Shown here: one piece after another, positions 14,119 to 26,673 of the stretch
How positions within the stretch are numbered: the first letter of the stretch is position 1
Layout of the letters: each line of letters starts with the position of its first letter
Assembly: GCA_003427395.1 (NCBI GenBank)
Contig: BFEA01000019.1
Coordinates: 735,889 to 793,848 of the forward strand
Length of the DNA stretch: 57,960 nucleotides
Source of the DNA: Chara braunii
Taxonomy: Eukaryota > Plantae > Charophyceae
Reading direction: 5' to 3'
Position numbers and translations under genes: made by a program
Notes under the pieces: generated by a model
What the model was told of the DNA's origin: nothing
What the model saw: only the letters and a program-made list of their open reading frames with translations
Database searches by the model: none

Positions 14119-14154
<36 letters not shown>

Positions 14155-14590
14155 NNNNNNNNNNNNNNNNNNNNNNNNNNNNNNNNNNNNNNNNNNNNNN
14201 NNNNNNNNNNNNNNNNNNNNNNNNNNNNNNNNNNNNNNNNNNNNNNNNNNNNNNNNNNNNNNNNNNNNNNNNNNNNNNNNNNNNNNNNNNNNNNNNNNNN
14301 NNNNNNNNNNNNNNNNNNNNNNNNNNNNNNNNNNNNNNNNNNNNNNNNNNNNNNNNNNNNNNNNNNNNNNNNNNNNNNNNNNNNNNNNNNNNNNNNNNNN
14401 NNNNNNNNNNNNNNNNNNNNNNNNNNNNNNNNNNNNNNNNNNNNNNNNNNNNNNNNNNNNNNNNNNNNNNNNNNNNNNNNNNNNNNNNNNNNNTGTGTGT
14501 GTGTGTGTGTGTGTGTATGTGTGTGTGGAGGGGGGGGAAGGACAGACGGGGACGGATACCTACCTTTCTCCACAACCACTTACCTACAGA

Positions 14591-14668
<78 letters not shown>

Positions 14669-14808
14669 TTTTCGGGTGTGCATATGGTCGTGATTGTGTC
14701 TGTGCATGCGTTTGCATGAGCGTATATATATATATATTATATTATTGTTGTGGATGAAAAACTCATGCGATTGCATACTCGAGAGATGAAATGAATGACC
14801 CGACCTAC

Positions 14809-14874
14809 CTTGTCTTGGCTGTCAACTTCAAGATTGAAGGTGTTCCCCTTCAGAGTCTTCACAGTTATCTTCAT
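14809..14874 (-). CDS. RAD23: RAD23 coding exon 1
   Basis: MKITVKTLKGNTFNLEVDSQDK, then donor AAG|GTAGGT. Joins exon 708-869 in frame to complete the UBL domain. Confidence 0.92.
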
Positions 14875-16728
14875 TGTTGCAGCCTCTACAAAATACACAG
14901 CACCAAAACAGCGACGAAGTCCGCTCAACCTACCTCCTCCCCTTTCCGCACTCCCTCACCCCCACTTCTCCTTCACACAGACTCCCCCCCAACCTCTCCC
15001 ACTCTGAGGCTCTTTTCGCACGACTCTCGCACCGTCTCCAAGCTCCAAATGCTTTTTTTTTTCTCTCCCGCCCTCCTCTCCGGACTCCAAATGTTTTCGC
15101 TCTCCCGCTCTCTTCCGCCACACACGCGGCGCAAGAAATTCTCTTCCCCGCCCACCCTTCGCACGAAAAGCAAATATAGCGAATCAACAAAACACAACAA
15201 GTGCGCGCGCGTGCGTGTGCGTGTACGTGTGCTCAGGGTAAACGCTTTTTGAGCGCATCTCTGAACCCAATGACGACCAGATTCTGTCCAAAAACGTGCG
15301 CGCCAGTGGTGTTTGTTCCTGCCCTCAGCCGGCAATGGCGCCGGAACGGTGCACCGGCGCCGTAATCGAGAACGCCCAGAACACGATTCGATATTCAATA
15401 TGGTGTTCGACTTGTTGTTGGACTTGAGTGCTTCTGCAACTTTGGTGGCCGGAGTGGGTGCGGGAGCGGGGGAGCAGGAGCGGGAGCGGGAGCGGGAGCG
15501 GGAGGGAGCGGGAGAAGATGAAATCGATGGGGGATGAAATTGTGACGGGCAAAACAATGCGGGGCGCGGTGGGGCGCGGTGGGGCGATGTGGGGCGCGGC
15601 GGGACAGGCGGGGNNNNNNNNNNNNNNNNNNNNNNNNNNNNNNNNNNNNNNNNNNNNNNNNNNNNNNNNNNNNNNNNNNNNNNNNNNNNNNNNNNNNNNN
15701 NNNNNNNNNNNNNNNNNNNNNNNNNNNNNNNNNNNNNNNNNNNTTCGTGTAAGTGGGACCTAGCCCCGGGGCGCGGCGGGGCGGGGCGGGGCGGGACGGC
15801 GGAGACGGACGGGCAGGCCCCGCTCGTGCTTCCGGGCCTGGCGCTCATATGCCACAGGCCTGCTGGGATCCCCAGTTGGAACGGGCTTGCTGGAGCGAGA
15901 ATTGCTTCAATGAATTGGACCGGGCCTTTTTTTTTTGTTGTTGTTTTTAAGGACCGGGCTTTTGGGGCCAATTACGGTAACAAAAGTCATCAGGGTATGT
16001 CCCGAGACTCTCTCGAGACTGCATAAAATCAAACAGTCCCGTCATGGAAGGGAGGGAAGAGAACTGTTGACGTCATCGGTACACGAAGTTGTTGCCTGAG
16101 CAGCAGGGCTAAACCCAGCCCGTGTGGCTAATTGGTAGTCGCAGCCGTGAAGGCTGCGGCCTCGGTTTCTTCTCCGTTCAGACGAGAGGGGTTGTGAATG
16201 ACTGGGAGTGGTTGCTCTTTTTTAGTCAAGGGTTCAGGCTAGAGGGGTTGTGAATGACTGGAGCTGGTAGCTGATGGTTCTGAATTCTTTTGACCATGCA
16301 GGACGGGGCGTTCTCCAGCAAATTCGCAGCCGAAAGGCTGTGGTATGTGTGTTGAAAATCTTCGCCGAGGCTCGCCAATGTTGGATTTATTTATTTTTTT
16401 GCCTCAAAATTCTAATTTCCATTTCATCGCCAAAATTCAAGGCCCGGGCCCTCGACATCACTCCCAAGTAAAGTTAGTGGAAGCATCATCCAGCTCAGTC
16501 TGTGGGTCTGTATGCAAGACCCCACTGTTCTTTGGCTGCCACCTACACTATCCTACCCTTACTGCTCTACCAATCCCGCTAAAAGACTAACGTCTACCCT
16601 TACTATCCTCTACCAATCCCACTGAAAGACCAACTTCTAACTAACAGCCACCTATTGTATTGTCGCCTCCTATCGATACGCTCCCTAAGATGAGGGCATG
16701 GAACCTGAGGCTCCAAGAGGCTAAATCC

Positions 16729-17847
16729 TTATTGTCTACCGCGTGGGCGCGGGGAACGCAGCCCTAAGGTAGNNNNNNNNNNNNNNNNNNNNNNNNNNNN
16801 NNNNNNNNNNNNNNNNNNNNNNNNNNNNNNNNNNNNNNNNNNNNNNNNNNNNNNNNNNNNNNNNNNNNNNNNNNNNNNNNNNNNNNNNNNNNNNNNNNNN
16901 NNNNNNNNNNNNNNNNNNNNNNNNNNNNNNNNNNNNNNNNNNNNNNNNNNNNNNNNNNNNNNNNNNNNNAAATATGGGTCAAATTGCGGCCGCAATCTAT
17001 TTCACAGTTGGAATGATTTTTTTTTAATTTATGTAACGTTTTTCCTGGAAAGATCACAACAAAATCTACGAGTACTCCCATTTTCAGGTTTTTTCACGCA
17101 TTCTTCTGAGCGCAAAAATTCACTGAATTTGGAGTATTTTTTTAGTTGGCCCGGGCATGGCAGCAAAAATGGAAAATGTGCTGAATCGGCGCGATGATTA
17201 TTTCGCAGTCCAAATGATTTTTTGTAAATGTTCTATTATTATTTATGAAAAGAACACGACCTCATCTATGGATTCTCAAAATTTCATATTTTTGTGCATG
17301 TTCATCTGAGCGCAGAAAATCGTCAAAGTTGCCTCTTGCAAAACACTTGTTTCGTTGTGCCTGACCTCCTTGTTTTGACAAGACGGGGCTCAACGCCTGG
17401 GTATGAGGGCTCTTTTGCAGTTCACATGCCCTCACTTCTTTTTGGGGTCCGTTTCTACCCGAGGACCGGTCCAATGCCCCCCACTTCTTTTTGCGGTCCA
17501 CTTCCACCCGAGGACCGGTCCTTCATTTTTCCAAAAGTCCCGGTTCTACCAGAGCTAGTTGTAGGTAGTTCACAATTTTGACAAGGACCGGTCCCCCAAA
17601 TTTCTTTGCCCCCTAAGAAACCACTTTGCATCCTGGTCGCCCGCCGCCAAAAATGCGACACCTTGACACAGACGTAGAAGCCCACTATACCGCAGCCTAA
17701 GGGCTGCGAACATAGTACCAGTCTCTTGAACCGGCCCCTAACCCAGGGTTGTAGACCCTATTTGTCTACCGCGTGGGCGCAGGGAATGCAGCCCTAAGGT
17801 AGCCAAAGCAATAGGACTAAGTGCGCACTAGCGCACACGAGCCAGCA

Positions 17848-17882
<35 letters not shown>

Positions 17883-19572
17883 AAAAAAAAAAAAGTTGAA
17901 TGGCAAACACGGCATATGGGTCAAACTACGGCCTCGATACATTTTTATTGTTGAAATTATTTTTTTATTTATTTAATATTTTTCCTTGAGAGATCACTAC
18001 AAAAATTGTGAGCACGTCCTTCGGGACATCCGTTAAAATTGAAACGATACATAAAACATTGCATGGCCCTAAGGATGACACGAATAAATTGAGGAAAAAA
18101 AAATGCAAACACTTCAATTTATCATTTTTTCATACATTCTTTTGAGCACAAAAAATCACTGCAGTTGGAGTATTTTTTCCATTGGCCTACATGTGGTCGA
18201 GTGGCAAAAATGGCAAATGTGTCGAATCGACACGTTCATTATTTAACGGTCTTAACGATTTTTTTTAATTGTTTTTAGATTTTTTATTAAACGATCACGA
18301 CCTAGTCTATGGATTCCAAACTTTTCAGTGTTTTTTGCGAAGTCCTTCGAGCAAAAAAATCGTCAAAGTTACCTCGTGCAAATAGCAAGACTGGACCTGT
18401 CGGCACCATCCGCCTTAAATAGTTTGCGCATGAAACTCCCGAACACGCCACCCCTTCTTGCTTTCTTTTTGGGTCCACTTCCACCTGAGGACCAGCCGTT
18501 CCATTTCCAAAAGTCTCGGTTTTACGAGAGGTAGTTCTAGGTCATCCGCAATATCGCCAAGGACGGGTCCCGCAAAAACTTTTGCCCCTAAGAACCCACT
18601 TGCGTCCTGGCCGCCCGCAACCAAAAATGCAACACCTTGACACATATGTTGAAGCCCGCTATATTGCCGCCTTAGGGCTACAAATTGTCTACCCCGTGGG
18701 TGAGGGGAAAACAACTTTACGGTATCTATAGCAATGAGACCAAGCGCCCGTACAAAAGAGAGAGAGGGGGGGGGGGGCGGGAGCACCAGAGAGAGAGAGA
18801 GAAGGAGGGAGGTTGAATGACAAAATTGAAATATGAGTCAAATTGTAGCCGTGATCTATTTCACAGGTAATATTTTTTTATGGTTATTTTTTTAATGGAA
18901 AAAATCACAACAAAATTTACGAGCATCGCAATTTTTATATATATATATTTTTTTTTTTTTTTGCGTGAAAAATCACTGAAGCTGAAGTTTTTTTTTCGTT
19001 GGCCCACACATGGCTGAGTGACAAAAATGGAATATAGGTCTAAAAGACGAAATGATTTTCGAAAAATACTTTGATATTTTTCTTGAAAAAAACACGTTTT
19101 AATCTATGAATTCTTAAATTTTAATTTATAATTTTTTATGCAAATTCCTCCGAACATAAAAAATCACAAAATTTGTCTCTTGCAAAATGTTTGTTTTGTT
19201 ATGCCTTCCCACGCCTTTCCAGCGTTGACCTCCCTGTTCTTAAAAAACGAACCTCAACGTCTAGGTCTGAAGGCCCTTTTGTAGTTCACATGCAAGGAGT
19301 ACTGGTCCTCCAATTTTTTACCGCGCCGGTTCCAGGCGCGATCGTTGTATGTAGTCTGTAAGAATGTGATGGACCGGTTCCCCAACAACTTTCACCCCAT
19401 TAAAACCCACTTATGTGTCGATCCCCCGCCGCTGATAATGTGTCACCTTAACACAAACGCTGAAGCCTAATCTACCACATCCTTAGGGTTGCGAATTACC
19501 AATTGTCTACTGTGTAGGCACAAGGAACACAAACCTAAGGTAGCTAAAGCAATAGGACTAAGCGTTTGCACA

Positions 19573-19615
<43 letters not shown>

Positions 19616-19985
19616 TATATATATATAGAGAGAGAGAGAGAGGGAGAGAGAGAGAGAGAGTAAGAAAGCGAAAAAGAAAGAGAGAGAGAGGTTGAATGAC
19701 AAAAATATAATATGGGTCAAATTGCGACCACGATCTACTTTGTACTCGAAATGAGTTTTTTTTTTTTTTAATATATATTTTTAAAATAATATTAAAACAT
19801 TTATAAGCAGTGCAATTTTCATTTTTTTTTTAGGTATTCTTATGAACGAGAAAAATCACTAAAGTTTGACTACTTTGTCTGTTAGCCCATACATGGCCGA
19901 GTGACAAAAATTGAAATTGTGTCGAATAAGCGTAACGATTATATTTCGGTCCTAATGATTTTTTTGAATTTTTTTGATATTTTTT
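16729..19985. repeat. Diverged tandem repeat, four units of about 0.8-1.0 kb
   Basis: The ttgtctacc...cctaaggtag unit start recurs at about 16732, 17762, 18684 and 19503, with shared internal blocks. Confidence 0.8.
18016..18103 (+). pseudogene. U6: Decayed U6 snRNA retrocopy
   Basis: gtccttcgggacatccgttaaaattgaaacgatac...gcatggccc..aaggatgacacgaataaattgagg plus an A tract; absent from the sister tandem-repeat units. Confidence 0.8.
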
Positions 19986-20369
19986 TATAAAAAGAGAGGG
20001 AGGGGGGGTAGAACATCATTAATATCAGGAATACTAGGAAGAGCAAGAGAATATCTCATCATTGTATTTCATACAAAAATCCGAATATGTTTGAAGGATA
20101 AACTACTAAAAAAATCAAGTGAGCTCAAATAAGTCATTTTATGCAAAAAACAATATAAGTTTTTCCCACTATGCATTCATCTAACAAAGTTGGCTTTATT
20201 GAATGGTAATAAAACTAGCCTTATTAGCATCTCAAAACAACAAATCATACAAAGAGGGGGGCAAAAATTTTAATTTAGGAAGTGAGTTCAATTGCGATCT
20301 CTCTTTTTCTCATATGTTTGGTGCTTTATTTTTCAGCTTTCCGCTTGAGCCCGTTCTCTGTCTTCTCAT

Positions 20370-20580
20370 GTATTCCTGTGTATATATACGTTGTTATGTT
20401 TGATATGTACGACTCCACGAAAAAAATAATAATTGTTCAAGAATGTTTCGTTTTTCTTTCATCGACTCATTAGGAGGTTAAACCCCAACGCTCTACCTAT
20501 GATGCATTTGACTAATGGATAAAGACTCACCACATCGCCCAGAGTTAGCTATACCCCTAAGAAACTGGTTGACTTCACTT
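20370..20580 (-). mobile_element. Hammerhead element subfamily 2, older decayed copy
   Basis: gactcattaggaggttaaacccc...catttgact...caccacatcgcccagagttag aligns to the 26.4-kb copy. Confidence 0.55.
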
Positions 20581-23500
20581 CCATCCACCTTGCAATGCTC
20601 GTAGACTGTTGGTCCAAACCCTTGATAAGAAACTAATTTATCACAACAATAAAACCCACTCTACACACATATATTCAACCATGGATTTGTGTGTGTTTGG
20701 GTTGTGTGCTCGTACGTACGCCATGCTGCGAATTTTGTGTAGGGCCGAGTTCAAGAGTTGAAGCCGACACATGAGGAATTTTGGCAGAGATGACATGTTT
20801 CTTCGGGTGACGTGAATTTTATTTCTTTTATTTTCCCAAGGGTTTGTGGGCTTCTCTTGCTGTAGATTATGACATTGTACGGGGAAGAAATAACAAATCT
20901 TCAATAAAAAACTTTGCATGAATTTGAACTTTGGGGCAGGGGAGAAAGTTAGGGTGTTCAACCATGATAGGGGAGGAGATGGAGACATTAAGAGTTTTGT
21001 TTTTCAGAATTTATTATCTATGTTTAAGAGTTATGCCACTAGAAGGGTGGGATTGTTTTAGTATTTTTTATATAAGTTGTCACATATGTCTGAACTAAAA
21101 AAACTCACTTTGAGAAACAAACTGTAAAACTACACTAAGAAATATGAGGAGCACATTTAAACCATTTGTTTTTCTCCTTCTTCTTTTAACTCCCCCTACA
21201 CTGTACCTCTCATGTACAAGGTTCATTATTTTCATAAAATTGAATGCGAGTTGCCCTCATCCTCGTATGCCATAACGACCTATTTGTACACTGTGAGAAA
21301 GAGACAAAGTAAACTGGAAGGGGATAAACACAAAGAAACAAGATAGAAATAAAACAAAACAAATAAACGACAAAGAGAAAATAACGAGAGTGGAAAAATG
21401 ATATGGGCGAAAATAGGATAAGAAAAAACTCAGGAATCATCTGTCATTGATGATAGAGAGCACATGCATTGTAAGGAAGAAGTGGGCGATACGTCGATGA
21501 CCTGATATTCACAGTACAATAATTGCCACGATGATTAATATTGAGTATCGACATTGTGTTGATGAACCAATTGTTTATAAGCCGTATTGGGATAACGAAG
21601 GTTCTGTCGGTGGGAGAAGTACACTCAACTTATACCACGAAGGAATATCATGCTTAAATATCGAAGTTAAAAAAACAGTGCTTTATTATCTCTTACCCAT
21701 GCTAACTAGGCTCTTTAGGTTTTATATCGGTAGTGGTTAGGATATTTAATATAATTTCTCCCGTTTTCTAGTTACACATAGCCTAAGATGTTTCTTTGCT
21801 GAAGTTATACTAATATAAGATCTCTTAACTATTCACCTTTATTAAGTATTGCATACTACACCCGATTAATTTCCTAAGAACTGTAGCGAACAAATCTATA
21901 AGAGCAAGTGTCGATGCCGCAAAATGAGTACGTAGAAAAATATTTGGCCATTTTATTGAGATAGGAGTTAATGCAGAAACAATTTTACACGCATAATTTA
22001 TCTCCCACTTACATTTATAAGATTTTTTTTATTTTTTTTTTTTTTTTTTTTTGTAAAAAAATATACTTGCATTTTTTTTTTTACCTACCGAAGATGAATC
22101 CATAGCAAAGAAATGTGATTGTATCCCTAGGTAGAGGTGTCAAAGCAGAAACCCTTACGAGGGCATTTGCTCGGTATTTTAAATGTCAGATGGTGTCCGA
22201 AATTTGTTAATTTTTTTGACTTTATGAGGTTGATGCGTTTGCCATACGTTTATTCATACCTTACCTATGACTAAGAGGCTAAAACTATTTTTAAAACTTA
22301 AATCCGGATGTATGCCGACGTTCGGGATAAGAAGTGTGACTTGTTCTATTCCGTTTCTAACAAGGCCGCATAAACACACGACCGGTGAAACAATAAATCC
22401 TATAACCTATATTTAAAAAAAAAAAAGGTTGTGCAGTTGTACAACCGCGCTATCAGGGCCTAAGTAGGCTAAAATAACAGCTGCACTGCGTATGGGGCTG
22501 CACCGCGGAAGAAATGGGTTGCCTATTTTGTTTATTATTATAGATTATTTGACCGTAGGGTTTTTTTCCGCAACGAGGGTCGGGAAACCTGCACCATGGT
22601 CTCCCCAATTGGGTAACCTTTAAGCCGTGGATGGGTAACCGTCCATGGGAAATGGGTAGACAGGCAGGGTCTTCTCAGCCACAAGCAGGCAGATTACGTT
22701 GGACAAAGCTCTTCATATAGAAGTGTTGCTCCTGCTTCACTAGAAGCAGAGGCTAGCCAAGTAGGTAAATAAGCCAACCTGATATGCCAGAGATGCGGGG
22801 ATCGAAGCCCGGATGCCCTGTTGGGATAGCTCCTTTTGAAGTCGACCATCATGATGGAGCATTAAGTAGCAGTCGATTTCGACCGTGGGTTCGATGTGAT
22901 AACGTGACTGGTATTAGTCGCGCGAACGTGAAAGGAAACCCTACGCAAGGATGACATAAGTAAATGGAAAAAAAGAAGAAAATAAAAGTGTTGAAGTCGA
23001 TCTCCTTTAGGAATCGAACTTGGTTTGTATTTCAATTGTTCGTGGCTGAAAGCTATAAAAAATGATCATTCAATTATTAGGTTCAAGCCAACGGAAAATG
23101 GAAAAACAAAAAATCTAACTAAAAACAAAGCGTCAGATGACGCGATTCGAAGTGGTTGGGAGTTGCAACTCCCAACAGTCAAAACAAACGTCTGGGTTCA
23201 CGGACAACCGTTTCGTTTATAATGTAAGATCATTTGTTTATTTTTTGTTTTTTATTGTTACATTCTTTTGTTTATTTCTATTTAGATTTTATCTTGGATT
23301 TTTTTTTTTTTTTTTTCTTCTCTAGATGCCCCCTCCCCGATCTGAGTCGGCAAGTTACATCGTAGGAAGGGGGCAACAACATGGCGGTGTATCTTTCCAT
23401 GTTTTACCAGAAGGTTCTTCCTCATTTTGCACATTTGACGAGTACTGGAACGTGGCCTATCCTCGTGTTGGTGACCCTCCACTTTGATTACCTCATAACT

Positions 23501-23595
23501 TAAACTCGGGTTTGTATTTCAACAATNNNNNNNNNNNNNNNNNNNNNNNNNNNNNNNNNNNNNNNNNNNNNNNNNNNNNNNNNNNNNNNNNNCAC

Positions 23596-23626
<31 letters not shown>

Positions 23627-23635
23627 AACACACAC

Positions 23636-23673
23636 CTGTCTCTTATACACATCTAGATGTTTATAAGAGACAG
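23636..23673. other. Nextera mate-pair junction adapter (assembly artefact, 1 mismatch)
   Basis: ctgtctcttatacacatctagatgtttataagagacag beside an N gap. Confidence 0.95.
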
Positions 23674-26394
23674 CCACAACACGAAGGTAAGTGGTTCGTT
23701 TTCATCTTTTTTTTTTTTTTTTTTTTTTTTTCCTTCCATAAATTTTGTTTTTTTTCCCTTCCTTTTCTTTTTAGACCTAATGTTTCCATTCGTTTGGAAA
23801 CAGCAACAATTTTTGGAGGATCAACTGAATTGAGTACTCCTACGTGAGCTACGAACGCGCATTAAGGGGGGTAAAAGAGCACCCTCTTGAGTTCGGCTCT
23901 AGTTCGGCTCTGTGATAAGACTGGGGGGAGCGACCGTTTATTTTGAACGACGAGCTCCTGCACACAAGGGAAGACAAGTTATGCCCCGCGGGAACCTATC
24001 CTATCGTAGGGGACTGAGGGAAGTACAACTGGCGCACTCGGCTAAAACGACGAAAGGACGATGCGACCATGCCCATCTTGATGGTTGGCGTTTTGCGTTA
24101 TCCCCAAATTGTCTCTTGTGTTGTGTTTTTTTTTTAACACCTGCGTGACATTGCTCGGAGAACTCTCACCTTTTGCTAAAAAGGCGAGAGCTGATACGAT
24201 CGACAGGTGGGGCCGTTGTCGGGGATCGAACCTGGGTCTCATACGTGATATGACCGGGAGGATTCTCGCCTTTCGCAAAAAGTCGGGAGTTGATGCGCTC
24301 AACAACGACTCCACTTTAAAGGAGAATGTTTAAAGTCGTAAATAACATGGATTTAACTAAAAAATTTCATAGCAATTTATTCAGTATTTTTACCCATTAT
24401 TAAGAGCATGAAAAAACTTTGAGAAGACGACCCAAATGAGAGATGGTTAACAAAAGTATGTTGGATAAAATCCGCAAACAACATACGACATCAAGCTCAT
24501 TTAGAACAATTTTCATTCAAATAGTAACCTCGTATCAAAAACATGTAATTTTTTTGAAAAAAACAACAAACAAATACAATCAATATGTCAGTGGTAATAA
24601 AAAATCCTAAAAAACTTCAGCACTCTATAGGCTTAGTCAGAGCATACATTTGAAAACTTATATTGTGAACAAAATATATACAACAAAACAAAAGAGAGGC
24701 AAACAATAACACTTCATATATACCATCTTTGAGATACTGGGAGACCTTATGAAAAAGCTTGCACATGCTATAGGTTCAAACGAATAGATTTCATCCATAC
24801 TTAAAAGAAATATATACTGCATGAACAATCCACACTCCAAGAAAGGAAAGGCAAGTAGTAGAGATTGACTCGTATTATACCCGAGGTATCTGGAAAAAAA
24901 ATCCGAGATCCTTATGAAGAAAGCTCACACGGAAAAAAGTACATTCCGAACAATGAAAATAGGGCGATCCTCCCATTTTTTGGAAACACGCTTGTGATAG
25001 AGAAGGGAAGGGGGAAGGGGTGAAGGAGCGAGAAATGTATTGCGAAGGCCTGCGTTTAGCCTTTCACAAGACTTATATCATGCGTCTCTATACGCAAAAT
25101 CCGTTGACCCACTTGGAGGAGGGTATGATATATCCCCCAAACCTTTCTATTGTCGCCATCAACAACGTCAACATATGAGGTTGAGGAGAGGGAGGGGGGA
25201 GGAGGTGGGAGATCGAATGCCAGGGTTCGGATTCCAAAAGGAGTATGAGATTGGGTGGCAGTGGTGTAGCGAATGTGGGGGAGTCTGAAGGTCTTAAGCA
25301 ATATTTGGCGTGTACTGGCTCCATTGGGGCATGTGAAGTGGGCGCGGGTGTATGGTGGAGGCCAGAGATAAAAAGTAGAAAGATGCGAAAAACGAGAAGA
25401 GCAAAGAAAGTCAATAAGCTGCAAGTTCTTAGTTTCATGTTGGTTATTCCTCCATCCCTTTCCTCCACCACTCTTGCAGAAACACTTTTCATTCCCTCTC
25501 CACTATGAGTGTCAAACTAGTTGCCCTTATTGCGCAACAAAAAATTAGTGTTGCGACCAGAATCACATAGCAGATAGCGGCGTTGAGATAAACCGCATAG
25601 AGTTGAGCTCGTGCTAGTTATGCATCATACTGATATATTATGACGAGTACGACCTGAGTAGCAAGTTCTGGAAGAGCGTTAGGAAGTATACGACTAGCAT
25701 AGCAAGTCGGACGAGAAAACGGTCTAGGTCCAAGGAAAAATCCAAAATTGTCATCGAACGTATCTGAAGCCTGCAGAATGTTGTTTGTACCACTGCTTGG
25801 TTTCTAAGCACTTACTTCAGGGATAGATGCCTTGCTCTGTCTCGTTCCTTCTATCTGCTCCTATGCCTAAATCAACACTATCTATGTTCTTGAAATCGAT
25901 TCTTGGCTATTATGAAAAAGACGCCCGATATTGTCATCCGTGCTTATCAAAACTGATGGAGTGTGAGAAAGGGGTTGGTTTTTTCACAAGGGAAAAAACA
26001 TCATGCGGTTGATATGGACCAGGAGGGTTTGTATTGCTACCGCTCTTTTCGGTATGTGAGCCTTTTCCGCCTTGCAGGGGAGGGTTTTCCATGCATCAAT
26101 CCTTGAAAGAGACAAAATAGAAAAGAAAGAAAAAAAAAGAAGGAACAAAGGGGGGGGNNNNNNNNNNNNNNNNNNNNNNNNNNNNNNNNNNNNNNNNNNN
26201 NNNNNNNNNNNNNAAAAAAAAAAAAAAAAAAAAAAAAACACAAAAAAAAGGGGGGAAAAAAAAAAAAAAACACACCAAGTTTTCCATTGACCCTTTTTCA
26301 GTTGTTATTGGCTTTCGGTGGATTCTCAATGCCCCGACCCTTACCCTTTCACGCTTCTCGCTGGGCTCGATTCCCTTTGCCTGCAGCACCTGCC

Positions 26395-26600
26395 CTGGTC
26401 TCCTGTGAGTGTGTATGTTGTCATATTCGCTATACACTCAAAAAAAGCACGACTGTGCCAGATTGGTTCGTCGGACTTTCAATGACTCATCAGGAGGTTG
26501 AACCCCGACAGTCTGCCCAGGATTCATTTGACTGAAGGTTAAGAATGCACCACATCGTCCAGAGTTAGAGATAGCCCTGAGAATAGTGGTAGACTTTACT
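26395..26600 (-). mobile_element. Hammerhead element subfamily 2 (degenerate core)
   Basis: CAGACUGUC GGGG..CCUC CUGAUGA GUC...GAC GAAC at about 26459-26515. Flanks are shared with the 20.4-kb copy; adjacent to (TG)n. Confidence 0.65.
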
Positions 26601-26601
26601 C

Positions 26602-26673
<72 letters not shown>

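Noticed and set aside
16095-16345. SRP RNA or tRNA (gcagccg..aaggctg hairpins, A-box-like motif)
   Set aside because: I could not build the conserved SRP or tRNA structure.
24212-24270. tRNA-Asp gene
   Set aside because: Only a T-arm/3' resemblance; no D arm or complete cloverleaf.
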